From the NCBI GenBank assembly GCA_963731795.1, contig CAVSWU010000003.1, positions 1,158,216-1,222,215 of the forward strand: 64,000 bases of DNA. Reading direction: 5' to 3'. The stretch is from an uncultured delta proteobacterium (lineage in GTDB: Bacteria; Myxococcota; Myxococcia; Myxococcales; Myxococcaceae). The notes below the pieces were generated by a model. It was not told the origin of the DNA and searched no databases. It worked only from the letters and a program-made list of their open reading frames with translations. Below are positions 1-8,973 of this stretch, one piece after another; the first letter of the stretch is position 1, and each line of letters begins with the position of its first letter. Made by a program: the position numbers and the translations under genes.

Positions 1-371
1 AGAAGGGCGTGGAGCCGCTGGTACAGGTGCTGCTGCCGAAGCTGGTGGCTGCGGGCCCGGACTCACCGGTGGGCCGTGAGGTGGCGGCGATGATGCGGGC
101 CGCGGCGCCCCAGGCGGTGGCGGCGGCCCAGCGAGGCATGGCCCTGCGGCCGGACAGCAAGGACATCCTCGCGCGCTACGCGGGCCCCGCGCTGGTCGTC
201 GTGGGCGAGCGCGATGTCCTGACCCCGCCGGAGAAGGCAAAGCAGCTCGCGGACCTCATCTCCGGGGCCCGGCTGGAGCTCATCCCCGACGCGGGGCACC
301 TGCCCAACCAGGAGCAGCCCGAGCGCTTCAACGAGGTGCTCGATCGCTTCCTGGCGTCCGTGGGTGGGTGA
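1..371 (+). CDS. alpha/beta-fold hydrolase, C-terminal fragment (5' end outside window)
   Basis: ORF 9..371 translation ends ...DAGHLPNQEQPERFNEVL, typical catalytic-His region of alpha/beta hydrolases; high GC3 codon usage. Confidence 0.5.
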   Translation, partial: KGVEPLVQVLLPKLVAAGPDSPVGREVAAMMRAAAPQAVAAAQRGMALRPDSKDILARYAGPALVVVGERDVLTPPEKAKQLADLISGARLELIPDAGHLPNQEQPERFNEVLDRFLASVGG

Positions 372-423
372 GCGTCCTGCCAACGGCAGCGCTCACGCGA
401 CCACGCGGCTCAGCGGCGCGGAA

Positions 424-791
424 TTACGGCTGGCAGACAATCTGCGAGCCGGACTGGGAGCAGGAGGAGCACGACTGCGTCTCCACGAGCACACCCATCC
501 GGCACTCCAGGATGGCCAGTCCATCCGCGCGGCAGAGGCCCCGGCCCTCGGCGCTGAGCGCACAGTTGTCTCCGGCGACGTTGGCGGAGGTGTCACAGCG
601 GATGGTAGCCGCTCGACTCCTGGCAGCCCAGCCCTCCTCTGCAAGGAAGCGCGCGCCACGTGGCCCTGGCGGCACTCCAGCGCCTCCTTGTCGGACTGCA
701 GACGTAGCCAGCTGCTCTGGCACGAGTCACCCACGGCCGGGCCACCACACCCGGAGAGGAAGAGGACAGCCAACGAGAGGAAGGAGCGCAA
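424..791 (-). CDS. small Cys-rich lipoprotein (hypothetical), apparent frameshift near 650
   Basis: ORF 393..791(-) starts MRSFLSLAVLFLSGCGG (lipobox); C-terminal Cys-rich part continues in ORF 424..723(-) in another frame with good GC3 usage ending ...SQIVCQP. Confidence 0.35.
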
Positions 792-839
792 GGAGACGGT
801 TCATGCAGGCGCCGACTATCCCGGGCCTCACGGGGCCGG

Positions 840-1848
840 TCAACCGCCGAGCGTCTCCCGGAAGAAGCGCCGGAAGTTGCCCCCGAGAATCCGCTCCACG
901 AGCGGCTCCGGGAGACGGCGCAGCAGCACCTCGGTGAGGCGGGGCAGGTCCGTCACATCGCGGAAGCCCTTGGGCAGCGCCACCATCCCGTCATAGTCCG
1001 AGCCAATCCCCACTCCCTCCTCGCCCATGATCTTCAAGGCGTGCTCAATGTGCCGGGCTACATCATCCAGAGTGTCTCCTCCCAGGTAGATGGGAGCCAG
1101 GATGATGCCGACCACGCCTCCCCGGTCAGCAATGCGGCGCAGCGACTCATCCGAGAGGTTGCGCCACCCTCCCCCGGCGCCGCGCACGCCCGTGTGCGAG
1201 CAGAAGAAGCGAACCGAGGGAGCGGCGAAGAGCTCTTCCAGCGTGCGCTCGGAGGCGTGCGCCACATCCACGCTCAGGCCCACGCGAGCCATCTCCTCCA
1301 CCACCGCATGTCCCAGGGGCGTGAGGCCGCAGTTGCCCATCATCGGAAAGGAAGAGCCCCCCAGCTCGTTGTTGGAGAGGTGGGTGAGGCCCATGAAGCG
1401 CACGCCGCGCTGGTGCAGCTCCGCGAGCCGCTCCACTCGCCCTTCGATGGCATGTCCCCCCTCCACGCCGAGAACGGCGGACAGCCGCCCCTGCGCGAGG
1501 TTCTCCTCCAGCATGGCGGCGGTGGTGGTGATGCGCACCTGGTCCTCGGAGCGGCTGCAGAACTCCGAGAGCCTGTCGATCTGCCACAGCGCCCGGCGCC
1601 ACTCGCTCGAACGCGCCTCGCGAGGCCAGCCATGCCAGGCCGCGAACACCGGGAAGCCGCCAATGAAGGGGAAGCCCGCGGGTGACGAGGGTGAAGCACT
1701 GCAGCTTCATCCCCGCCTCACGCAGCCGGGGGAAGTCCACATGCCCTTGGCTGGAGCGGACACAGAGGTCGCGGTTCCACATGAGCGAGTCCGCATGGCC
1801 GTCCGCGATGCACCAGCGCCGGTGGAGTTCGTTCACGTCGCTCATGTC
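840..1848 (-). CDS. membrane dipeptidase (peptidase M19 family); frameshift around 1650-1690
   Basis: N-terminal ...CIADGHADSLMWNRDL...HVDFPRLREAG in ORF 1147..1914(-) frame, remainder (LGVEGGHAIEG...GIGSDYDG...) in ORF 840..1649(-) frame; classic renal-dipeptidase motifs. Confidence 0.7.
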
Positions 1849-2086
1849 CGGCAGTCTCGGATCTCGTGCGGCAGAGGACAAGCCGACTTCGCCGCGCCGG
1901 CCTTCCACCCACACCCGCGCTCAGAGACGCCGAAGGGCGCGCCCCCACCATGAGAGCGCGCCCCACCCGTTGCCTCAGGGCCGAGGCTTGCGCGGGCTCA
2001 TCCCAGGAGGCGCGCTGGGAGGATCCTCTTCCGGAATCTCGGCACCACTGCCGCGCCGGTCGGCCTCGCCGCGAATCAGGGAGATC

Positions 2087-3103
2087 TCATTCTCCGCCTC
2101 CCGAGCGCCGTAGCAGCGCCCGGTGCCGCCCAGGAAGGCCCAGAGCGTCATCCCTCAGCTCCAAGCCGGACTGGTAGCGCTCGGCCGGCTCGCGCTGGAG
2201 CGCGCGTGTCACGATGGCCCGCATGGGAGCGGAGAGCCCCTGCGTGGCCCGCTCCACGTGCTCGATGCGGAAGCGCTCCATGCGCATGGCCATCTCCGGG
2301 GCGGGAACCCAGCTCTGCTCCTCGCTCTCGAGCGAAGCCTGGACGGTGCTGGGAGGCCCCGCCATCCGCATGGCCTCTTCCACCTCCGGAAGATCCAGCA
2401 GATGCCTGCCCGTCACCAACTCCAGGAGGACCACGCCCAGGGAGAAGAGATCGGAGCGTGCATCCAGCGGCTGGAGCAGGAGGTACTCGGGGGAGGAGTA
2501 GGCGATATCCCCCTTGAGCAGGGGACCCACCGTCGCCAGCCGGCCCTCCATCTTCGAGTAGGCGACAGCGAAGTCCGTGAGCTTGACGCGCCCACGCGAG
2601 CCCAGGTGGATGTTCCGCGGGCTGACGTCCCGGTGGATGATGCCGAGCGGCCGGCCCTCGACGTCACTCAGCGTATGCGCATGGAAGAGCGCATCCGCCA
2701 CCTCACCTACGACGTAGGCCGCGAACTCCTCGGACAGGGGCACGCCCCGCATGGCCGAGAAGTTCAGCAAGGACTCCAGGGAGAGGCCGTCCACGTGCTC
2801 CATGACGACGTGGGGGGAGCCCTCGTGCATGCGCACCAGGAACACCTGGGCGATGCACGGGTGGTTGAGCTGGATGATGAGCTTGAACTCCTCCAGGAGC
2901 CGGGCACGCGCGATGGCGTTTGCGGGCTCTTGCAGGCGTTTGATGATCACCGAGCTGCCCACGACGTCCGTGTACCGGCGACGCGCGAGCAGCACCTCTC
3001 CATTGCTGCTGGATCCGAGATACCGGATGAGTTCGTAAGAGGTGGCACCGGAAGAGAAGAGGATGACGGGTTTGGACGTAGGACGCTCAGGGGGTGAGGA
3101 CAT
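2087..3103 (-). CDS. Ser/Thr protein kinase-like protein with degenerate G-loop and DFA (possible pseudokinase)
   Basis: VIIKRL (VAIK-like), HRDVSPRNIHL catalytic loop, DFAVAYS instead of DFG, SPEYL; start MSSPPERP preceded by AAGGAG RBS. Confidence 0.7.
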   Translation of the reverse strand: MSSPPERPTSKPVILFSSGATSYELIRYLGSSSNGEVLLARRRYTDVVGSSVIIKRLQEPANAIARARLLEEFKLIIQLNHPCIAQVFLVRMHEGSPHVVMEHVDGLSLESLLNFSAMRGVPLSEEFAAYVVGEVADALFHAHTLSDVEGRPLGIIHRDVSPRNIHLGSRGRVKLTDFAVAYSKMEGRLATVGPLLKGDIAYSSPEYLLLQPLDARSDLFSLGVVLLELVTGRHLLDLPEVEEAMRMAGPPSTVQASLESEEQSWVPAPEMAMRMERFRIEHVERATQGLSAPMRAIVTRALQREPAERYQSGLELRDDALGLPGRHRALLRRSGGGE

Positions 3104-3346
3104 CTCGTGCACTCCTTGGGGTGGGCACGCGAATGGCCGCGCGTGTGACGGCGGGGAGAGCAATCCAACCTTATAGGTTGGGCGTCCGGCATCCTACCAG
3201 AAAGCGCATATTCCAGCGCATCAGCCGTGTTCCCAGGTAGGAATGACGGGAAGAACCTCATGGGTCGTCACCCTACCAAGGGGGGCAGACATTCCCTGCC
3301 CTACCCCCGCTGTCCAGGGCCGAACTCCGCGCCGTATCAAGAGAAA

Positions 3347-3370
3347 CGGCTCCCGCCGGAGCGGGAGCCG
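3347..3370 (-). terminator. GC-rich hairpin (10-bp stem, 4-nt loop) followed on minus strand by TTTCTCTT
   Basis: cggctcccgc-cgga-gcgggagccg perfect inverted repeat; T-rich tract on minus strand. Confidence 0.35.
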
Positions 3371-3676
3371 TCCCTGTGCGACCCAACCCCTTGGGTCCTA
3401 CTTCTTTACGGGAGTGATGCTGATGACGTCTCGAGCGAGCAGGTCATCCCCATCCGTCACGTGGGAGGCGCGCACCTCGGAGCCCTTGACTGGGAGAGGA
3501 CCACCAGCACGAGCGAATGGCCCGTGGTGGAGCGCATGCGCCCTGGATGGTGTCGCTCGTGGCCACGGTAGTCGCGTTGTCGTGACGCAATTCAGGAGCG
3601 CTGCCCGCCTCAAGGGCGCCAGCCAGGCGGCCGGGCCCTCTCAAGGCTGCTCGCGCTTACCGAACGGGGGGAGCCT

Positions 3677-4241
3677 TCATTTCCCTCCGTCCGTGCCTCC
3701 GTCCAGCCCGCCATCTGCGGTGCCGCCATCCGCGGTACCGCCATCCGTGTTGCAGAAGGGAGCCCCACCCTCTGCCCACTGCCCGATGATCGCTCGCTCC
3801 TCTGCGGTGGGCGCGGGGTTGCCCACGGGGGGCATGTCCTTGAACTTCGCTGCGCGCACATCGATGCGGGGAGCCATCTCCATGGCGCCCTTGATGCCTG
3901 CATCGGACTCGTACATGTCCAGCCGGAACTCGGGATGGCCGCTGCCGGTGTGCACGGCCCCGTGGCAGCTCTGGAGGCAGTAGTTGGCGAGCAGGGGCTG
4001 GACGTCCGCGCACCAGGTGGGCACGGGCCCAGGCGCGGGACCGCCCGCATCCACGACATCCGGCAGCGCCAGCACCTCACAGGTCCGCCCTGCGCCAGGG
4101 CGCGCCGCCACGCACACGTACGGGTCCGGGCAGTCCGCCACGACTCTCGCAGTTCTTCCCGGCGAAGTCGCTCACCGAGACGACGCAGCCCACGACGGTC
4201 ACGACAGCGGCGACGCCCACACTGACGAAAGCTCTTTTCAT
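3677..4241 (-). CDS. PSCyt1-like (planctomycete cytochrome c-like) domain lipoprotein, paralog 1; frameshift near 4145
   Basis: Signal/lipobox MKRAFVSVGVAAVVTVVGC in ORF 4077..4268(-); domain ...WCADVQPLLANYCLQSCHG...GSGHPEFRLD...MPPVGNPAPTAEERAIIGQWAEGGAPF in ORF 3677..4141(-); aligns residue-by-residue with paralog 2. Confidence 0.6.
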
Positions 4242-4264
4242 GGCTGGCTCGGTTGCTCCCCTCA

Positions 4265-4787
4265 TCAAGGAGTGCCCCCATCATCACAGAAAGGTGCCCC
4301 GGCCACCGCCCACCGCCCCAACACCGCACGCTCGGCATCAGTCGGGGCCGGGTTGCCCGTAGGCGGCATGGTCCGCAGATCGAAGGCGCGGACCTTGATG
4401 CGAGGGGCCATGTCCTTGGCGCCCTTGGGCCCCCCTCCGTCAGGCGGCTCGTAGTAGTCCAGCCGGAAATCGGTGTGGCCACTGCCCGTATTCACTTCCC
4501 CATGGCAACTGGAGACGCAGTTGGCGGCGAGGATGGGCTGCACATCCCGACAGTACGTGGGCGCCACGCCCGGCATCCGCGCCCCCATCGGTGCCACCGG
4601 CCGAGGACGGCGGATAGATGATCTCGCAGAAGCGCTGGTACTCTGGCCCACCGCAGACATAGTCCTCGGGGCAGTCCGCGTCAGCCGAGCATGCACGGCC
4701 CGCGACCTGGTCCTGGGAGATGATGCAACCCGCGGCCGTCAGCACGGCCGCAAGCGCAAGAAAACCACCTGTCAGCCTTGCGTCCAC
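4265..4787 (-). CDS. PSCyt1-like domain lipoprotein, paralog 2; frameshift near 4570-4590
   Basis: Lipobox MDARLTGGFLALAAVLTAAGC in ORF 4440..4787(-); domain ...YCRDVQPILAANCVSSCHG...GSGHTDFRLD...MPPTGNPAPTDAERAVLGRWAVAGAPF in ORF 4265..4696(-). Confidence 0.6.
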
Positions 4788-4796
4788 GCGCCCTCT

Positions 4797-5237
4797 TCAG
4801 AAGTGGTAGGTGAGGCTCGCCGCGTCAGCGGCTGGCTCGGGAAGGAATTCCAGCAACAGGCCGTAGGCGACCGTCAAGCCCGCCAGCCCATACATCATGT
4901 TCGAGGTGGCGGCAGCCGTACGCGCCCGGTCCAGCGCGATGCGGGCGTCGCGGGCCGTCTCCAGGCTCTCCGCCCGCTTCGATTCTCCCCGCGCGAAGAA
5001 GCCGAACCCCACGCCTCCGAGCAGCAAGACGCCGCCGGCGACGTAGGCGTAGCGATGCCCGTGAATGAAGGGCTCGGGCTCACGCGTGGGCGCATCCAGC
5101 GCCGCGGCGGGCGCCGAGACCGGCGCGGCCTTCGACTCCTGAACGGGCTTGGAAGCCTTCGGTTCAGCCGCTGCGGCGGGCAGGGCAATCGTCAACGCCA
5201 GAACGGAAGCCGCAAGCTGGCGGGTCGCAGTGTGCAT
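4797..5237 (-). CDS. hypothetical signal-peptide/membrane protein
   Basis: Internal start MHTATRQLAASVLALTIALPAAAA (signal peptide) within ORF 4797..5570(-); hydrophobic segments; good GC3 usage; ends ...SLTYHF. Confidence 0.45.
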   Translation of the reverse strand: MHTATRQLAASVLALTIALPAAAAEPKASKPVQESKAAPVSAPAAALDAPTREPEPFIHGHRYAYVAGGVLLLGGVGFGFFARGESKRAESLETARDARIALDRARTAAATSNMMYGLAGLTVAYGLLLEFLPEPAADAASLTYHF

Positions 5238-5345
5238 GGCAGCCAGTATAGCGGGCCCTTCATTCGCTGCAGCAGGTCTGTGCGCGTTGACAGCAAGGGA
5301 GAGCACTTGTACTGCGTCGGCGTCCAGGCCAAGGAGCGAACAGCG

Positions 5346-5549
5346 GTGGAGGTATGGGTCAACGGAGAAACACGTGAGGTGCCCGAGGGAACGACCCTCG
5401 CGGCCCTGCTCGAGCTGCTGCGCATCGGTGGAGGCCCAGGCGTGGCGGTCGAGGTGAACGCGGAGGTGGTCCGCCGAGCCCGCCACCCCGAGCACCGCCT
5501 CCAGCCTCAAGATCGCGTGGAGATCGTCACCTTCGTCGGTGGCGGGTAG
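5346..5549 (+). CDS. thiS: sulfur carrier protein ThiS
   Basis: C-terminal 67 aa of ORF 4473..5549: VEVWVNGETREV...VAVEVNAEVV...DRVEIVTFVGGG (ThiS fold, GG terminus); putative GTG start; immediately upstream of thiG. Confidence 0.6.
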   Translation: MEVWVNGETREVPEGTTLAALLELLRIGGGPGVAVEVNAEVVRRARHPEHRLQPQDRVEIVTFVGGG

Positions 5550-5558
5550 GAGAACACA

Positions 5559-6341
5559 ATGAGCACTCAAGACACCCCCTTCACCCTCGCGGGGGTCACC
5601 TTCCAGTCACGGCTCATCGTCGGCACGGGCAAGTACCCGAGCCACGAGGTGATGAAGCGCTGCCACGAGGCCTCCGGCGCGGAGATGGTCACCGTGGCGG
5701 TCCGCCGCCTGGACCTGAAGGCGCGCGGCGAGGCGTCGCTGATGCACTGGATCGACACCTCGCGCATGCGTCTGCTGCCCAACACCGCCCTCTGCTACAC
5801 CGCCGAGGACGCCGTGCGCACCTGCCGGCTCGCCGAGGAGCTGGGCATGAGCAAGTGGGTGAAGCTCGAGGTGCTCGGGGATGAGAAGACCCTCTACCCG
5901 GACGTCGAGGAGACGCTGAAGGCCGCGCGCATCCTCGTGAAGGAGGGCTTCACCGTCCTGCCCTACACCACCGACGACCCCATCACCGCTCGCAAGCTGG
6001 AGGACCTGGGCTGCGCCGCCGTGATGCCGCTGGCGGCGCCCATCGGCTCGGGGCTCGGCATCCGCAACCCGCACAACATCCGCCTCATCCGCGAGATCGT
6101 GAAGGTCCCCGTCATCGTCGACGCGGGCGTGGGCACGGCCTCGGACGCGGCCATCGCCATGGAGCTGGGCGTGGACGGTGTGCTGATGAACACCGCCATC
6201 GCTGGCGCCAAGGATCCGGTTCGCATGGCCGTCGCCATGCGCAAGGCCGTCGAGGCCGGCCGCGATGCCTTCCTCGCGGGCCGCATCCCTCGCAAGGCGT
6301 ACGCCACCGCCTCCAGTCCCCTCCAGGGGCTCGTCGAGTAG
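5559..6341 (+). CDS. thiG: thiazole synthase ThiG
   Basis: 260 aa, strong ThiG similarity (…LIVGTGKY…[14 protein letters not shown]…). Confidence 0.9.
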   Translation: MSTQDTPFTLAGVTFQSRLIVGTGKYPSHEVMKRCHEASGAEMVTVAVRRLDLKARGEASLMHWIDTSRMRLLPNTALCYTAEDAVRTCRLAEELGMSKWVKLEVLGDEKTLYPDVEETLKAARILVKEGFTVLPYTTDDPITARKLEDLGCAAVMPLAAPIGSGLGIRNPHNIRLIREIVKVPVIVDAGVGTASDAAIAMELGVDGVLMNTAIAGAKDPVRMAVAMRKAVEAGRDAFLAGRIPRKAYATASSPLQGLVE

Positions 6342-6949
6342 TGCCCGCCGCCCCTCGGCTGATCGTCATCACCGACTGGCGGCTTCCTCGGGCTCGGCTG
6401 CTCTCGGCGCTCGAGCGCGCGCTGGAGGCAGGGCCCGAGGTCGCGGTCCAGCACCGCCACCCGGAGGCCTCCGCGCGCACCTTCCTCGAAGAGGCGCGGT
6501 GGCTCGCGGGGTTGTGCCACGCGCGAGGCAATCCGCTCTTCGTCAACGGGCGGCTGGATGTGGCGCTCCTGGTCGGCGCGAACCTGCACCTTCCCGCCCA
6601 AGGTCCCCCGGTCGAAGACGTCCGCCCTCACCTCCCCGCCGGGCGACAGATCAGCGTCGCGGTCCATGACGAGCAGGAGGCCCGAGGCGCCCGAGGCGCC
6701 GACCTGGCGCTGGTGAGCCCCGTGTACTCCCCGGGCTCGAAGCCGGGAGATACCCGTCCCCCGTTGGGCCCCGCGGGCTTCCAGGCGTTGGCGGCAGTCC
6801 TGAGCTGCCCGGCCCTGGCGCTGGGGGGCATGTCCCCGGAGAGAGCCCCCCTGCTTCCGGGCGCATATGGCTTCGCGGTCATCTCCGCTGTCCTGGAGGC
6901 GGAGGATCCAGCCGCCGTGGCCCGCGCCCTGCTGCGCGCGTCCTCCTGA
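6341..6949 (+). CDS. thiE: thiamine-phosphate synthase ThiE
   Basis: 202 aa; TMP-TENI family features; start overlaps thiG stop. Confidence 0.8.
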   Translation: MPAAPRLIVITDWRLPRARLLSALERALEAGPEVAVQHRHPEASARTFLEEARWLAGLCHARGNPLFVNGRLDVALLVGANLHLPAQGPPVEDVRPHLPAGRQISVAVHDEQEARGARGADLALVSPVYSPGSKPGDTRPPLGPAGFQALAAVLSCPALALGGMSPERAPLLPGAYGFAVISAVLEAEDPAAVARALLRASS

Positions 6950-6996
6950 GCGGGCGACCTGGGCCCTGCCCTCTCCTCTCTCCTGCCAGAAGTGAG

Positions 6997-8064
6997 ATGG
7001 AGTCGCGGTATGCTGCCCCTCCTGTGAGCCCCCCCTCTGGTATCAAGGACCTGCGCCCGCTCGCCCTCGGCGAGCTCATCGACCGCTCCGCCATCTTCTG
7101 GCGCGCCCACCTCGTGCCGCTCTTCGCCCTCTGCCTCGGCTTCGAGCTGATCAACTACATCTTCGCCAAGAGCATCACGCTCATCCTCGAGCACAGCAAT
7201 GCCTTCATGCAGGGCAACAAGGTGGTCCAGGCCCGGATCCAGGAGGACCCCACGAGCATGCTCGGCGACGCCGGCATGCTGATGATCTACCTCACCGCGC
7301 TCTGGCTCGTGCTCATCTGGAGCTACTGGCTCGCCACCCTCGTCATGACCCGGTACGTGGTGCCCCTCCAGCTCGGCGAGTCCGCTCGCCCGGCGGACGG
7401 CCTGCGCCGAGGCTTGAACCGGCTGGGCTCCTTCACCGGCGCCTACCTCCTGTCCCTGCTCTGGGGCCTCGGCATCGGCCTGCTGCTGGTGCTCCCTGGA
7501 GGCATCCTGTTCGGGCTGGGGCTCGTCCTGGGAAGGAGCGGCGCTAGCTCGGGGGCCCAGCTCCTGGGCGTCATCCTCGCCGTGGGAGGAGTGCTCGTGA
7601 GCAGCCTCGGCGGACTGGCCGCGTTCCTCTGGTACTTCCTGCGCTTCGCCCTCCTCGCGCCGGTGTTCGCCATGGAGGACCTGTCCGCCATCGCCGCTTT
7701 CCGGCGCTCGGGAGCGCTCATCTCCGGCCGCGTCGCGCCTGGCTTCACGGGCCGCGTGAAGGTCCGAGCGATGATCCTCTTCACCGCCGTCTCCGGCATC
7801 ATGATCGCCGTCACCCTCATCTTCAGCCTCCCTTCCTGGATCGTCCGAGGCGCCTATGGCCATCTGAGCGATCCTTCCGCCGTGACGGCCCACCCGATTC
7901 CTCAGGCCCTCCTCGTCCCCGTGGAGCTGTTCCAGGTGCTGGGACAGTCCATCTTCACCCCCCTGGCCCTGGTCTTCTCCGCGATGTTCTACCTGGACAT
8001 GCGCATGCGCCGGGAAGGGCTGGATCTCGAACGCCGCCTCGACACCCTCCATCCCACTCCTTGA
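6997..8064 (+). CDS. polytopic membrane protein (hypothetical; commonly first gene of DUF4129/DUF4350 modules)
   Basis: 355 aa, multiple hydrophobic helices, intact ORF. Confidence 0.65.
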   Translation: MESRYAAPPVSPPSGIKDLRPLALGELIDRSAIFWRAHLVPLFALCLGFELINYIFAKSITLILEHSNAFMQGNKVVQARIQEDPTSMLGDAGMLMIYLTALWLVLIWSYWLATLVMTRYVVPLQLGESARPADGLRRGLNRLGSFTGAYLLSLLWGLGIGLLLVLPGGILFGLGLVLGRSGASSGAQLLGVILAVGGVLVSSLGGLAAFLWYFLRFALLAPVFAMEDLSAIAAFRRSGALISGRVAPGFTGRVKVRAMILFTAVSGIMIAVTLIFSLPSWIVRGAYGHLSDPSAVTAHPIPQALLVPVELFQVLGQSIFTPLALVFSAMFYLDMRMRREGLDLERRLDTLHPTP

Positions 8065-8091
8065 TGGGAACTCCTCTCTCATGAGCGCCGC

Positions 8092-8973
8092 GTGCTGACC
8101 TTCGTCCTGCCATTGCTCCTCGCCTCGGTGCCGTGCGCAGACCTGGAGGCGAACGCTCGGCTCATCGAGGAGACCTCGAGGAGCCGTCCCGGCGAGCTGA
8201 CTGTCATCATCGAAGGCGTCGAGTCGCGCTCCGGGGGCATCCCACTGCGCCCCGCCGGAGCTGTTCCCCCTGAACAGCTCGCCCGCGACGTGGTGACCCG
8301 ACTGCGTGAGGCCTGTGCGCTCCAGGAAGCGGCGGCGCGCGCTCAGGAGCCCCTGCCCGTGAGCGCTCCAGATCGGCTCCGAGCCATCCTCGATCGGCCC
8401 GAGTTCTCCCAGGCGCGCAAGCGCAACACGGATCTCCTCCAGCGGCTCCTCCGCCAGATCGACGCCTGGCTCAGCGGCTTCTTCCAGTCCCGAGGCGCCC
8501 AGAGCTTCGCCGTCGTCACTCGCGCCGTGATGCTGGGGCTGGCCCTGGCGGTGGTGCTCTGGGGCATCTTGTGGTTCCGACGCTGGCGCCGCCCCTCCGC
8601 ACCCCAGCCCCGCGTCAGCATGGGTGCCGCCGCGCCGCTCGCGCTCGATTCACCGCGCGAGCACCTGCAGCGCGCCCGGGAGTCACTCGCCTCGGACCCG
8701 CGTGAGGCCATCCGCCAGGGATTGCTCGCCCTGCTCTCCACGCTCGAAGAGCGCAAGCTGGCCCGGCCAGACCGTGTGAAGACGAACCGTGAGCTCGCCG
8801 CCGAGCTGCCCGGCCGTGGGGCCCCGGGCCCGCTCGTGCATGAAGTGGAGCGGCTCGTGCGCTGGTACGACCGCACCTTCTATTCGCTGTCCCCTGTGCC
8901 TCCCGAGGAAGCCGCCAGCTTCGTCGCGGACGTGGAGCGCCTGCATGCCTCGCCTCCAGGAGGGGTGGCATGA
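8092..8973 (+). CDS. DUF4129 domain protein
   Basis: N-terminal signal/TM, central TM, C-terminal DUF4129-like region (…RLVRWYDRTFYS…). Confidence 0.65.
   Translation: MLTFVLPLLLASVPCADLEANARLIEETSRSRPGELTVIIEGVESRSGGIPLRPAGAVPPEQLARDVVTRLREACALQEAAARAQEPLPVSAPDRLRAILDRPEFSQARKRNTDLLQRLLRQIDAWLSGFFQSRGAQSFAVVTRAVMLGLALAVVLWGILWFRRWRRPSAPQPRVSMGAAAPLALDSPREHLQRARESLASDPREAIRQGLLALLSTLEERKLARPDRVKTNRELAAELPGRGAPGPLVHEVERLVRWYDRTFYSLSPVPPEEAASFVADVERLHASPPGGVA

Noticed and set aside
5238-5345. Searched for a TPP riboswitch upstream of thiS
   Set aside because: No CUGAGA core or the conserved ACCUGAUC/UGGAUAAUACCAGCG-type elements were visible; regulation may be elsewhere (e.g. upstream of thiC in another locus).
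4473-5549. 358-aa plus-strand ORF
   Set aside because: Only its last ~67 aa (ThiS) look real; the rest is antisense to a better minus-strand gene (4797..5237) and reads as Arg/Gly-rich high-GC noise.
6628-8082. 484-aa minus-strand ORF
   Set aside because: Antisense to thiE and the conserved membrane protein; low-complexity Arg/Glu/Gly composition typical of spurious open frames in 70% GC DNA.
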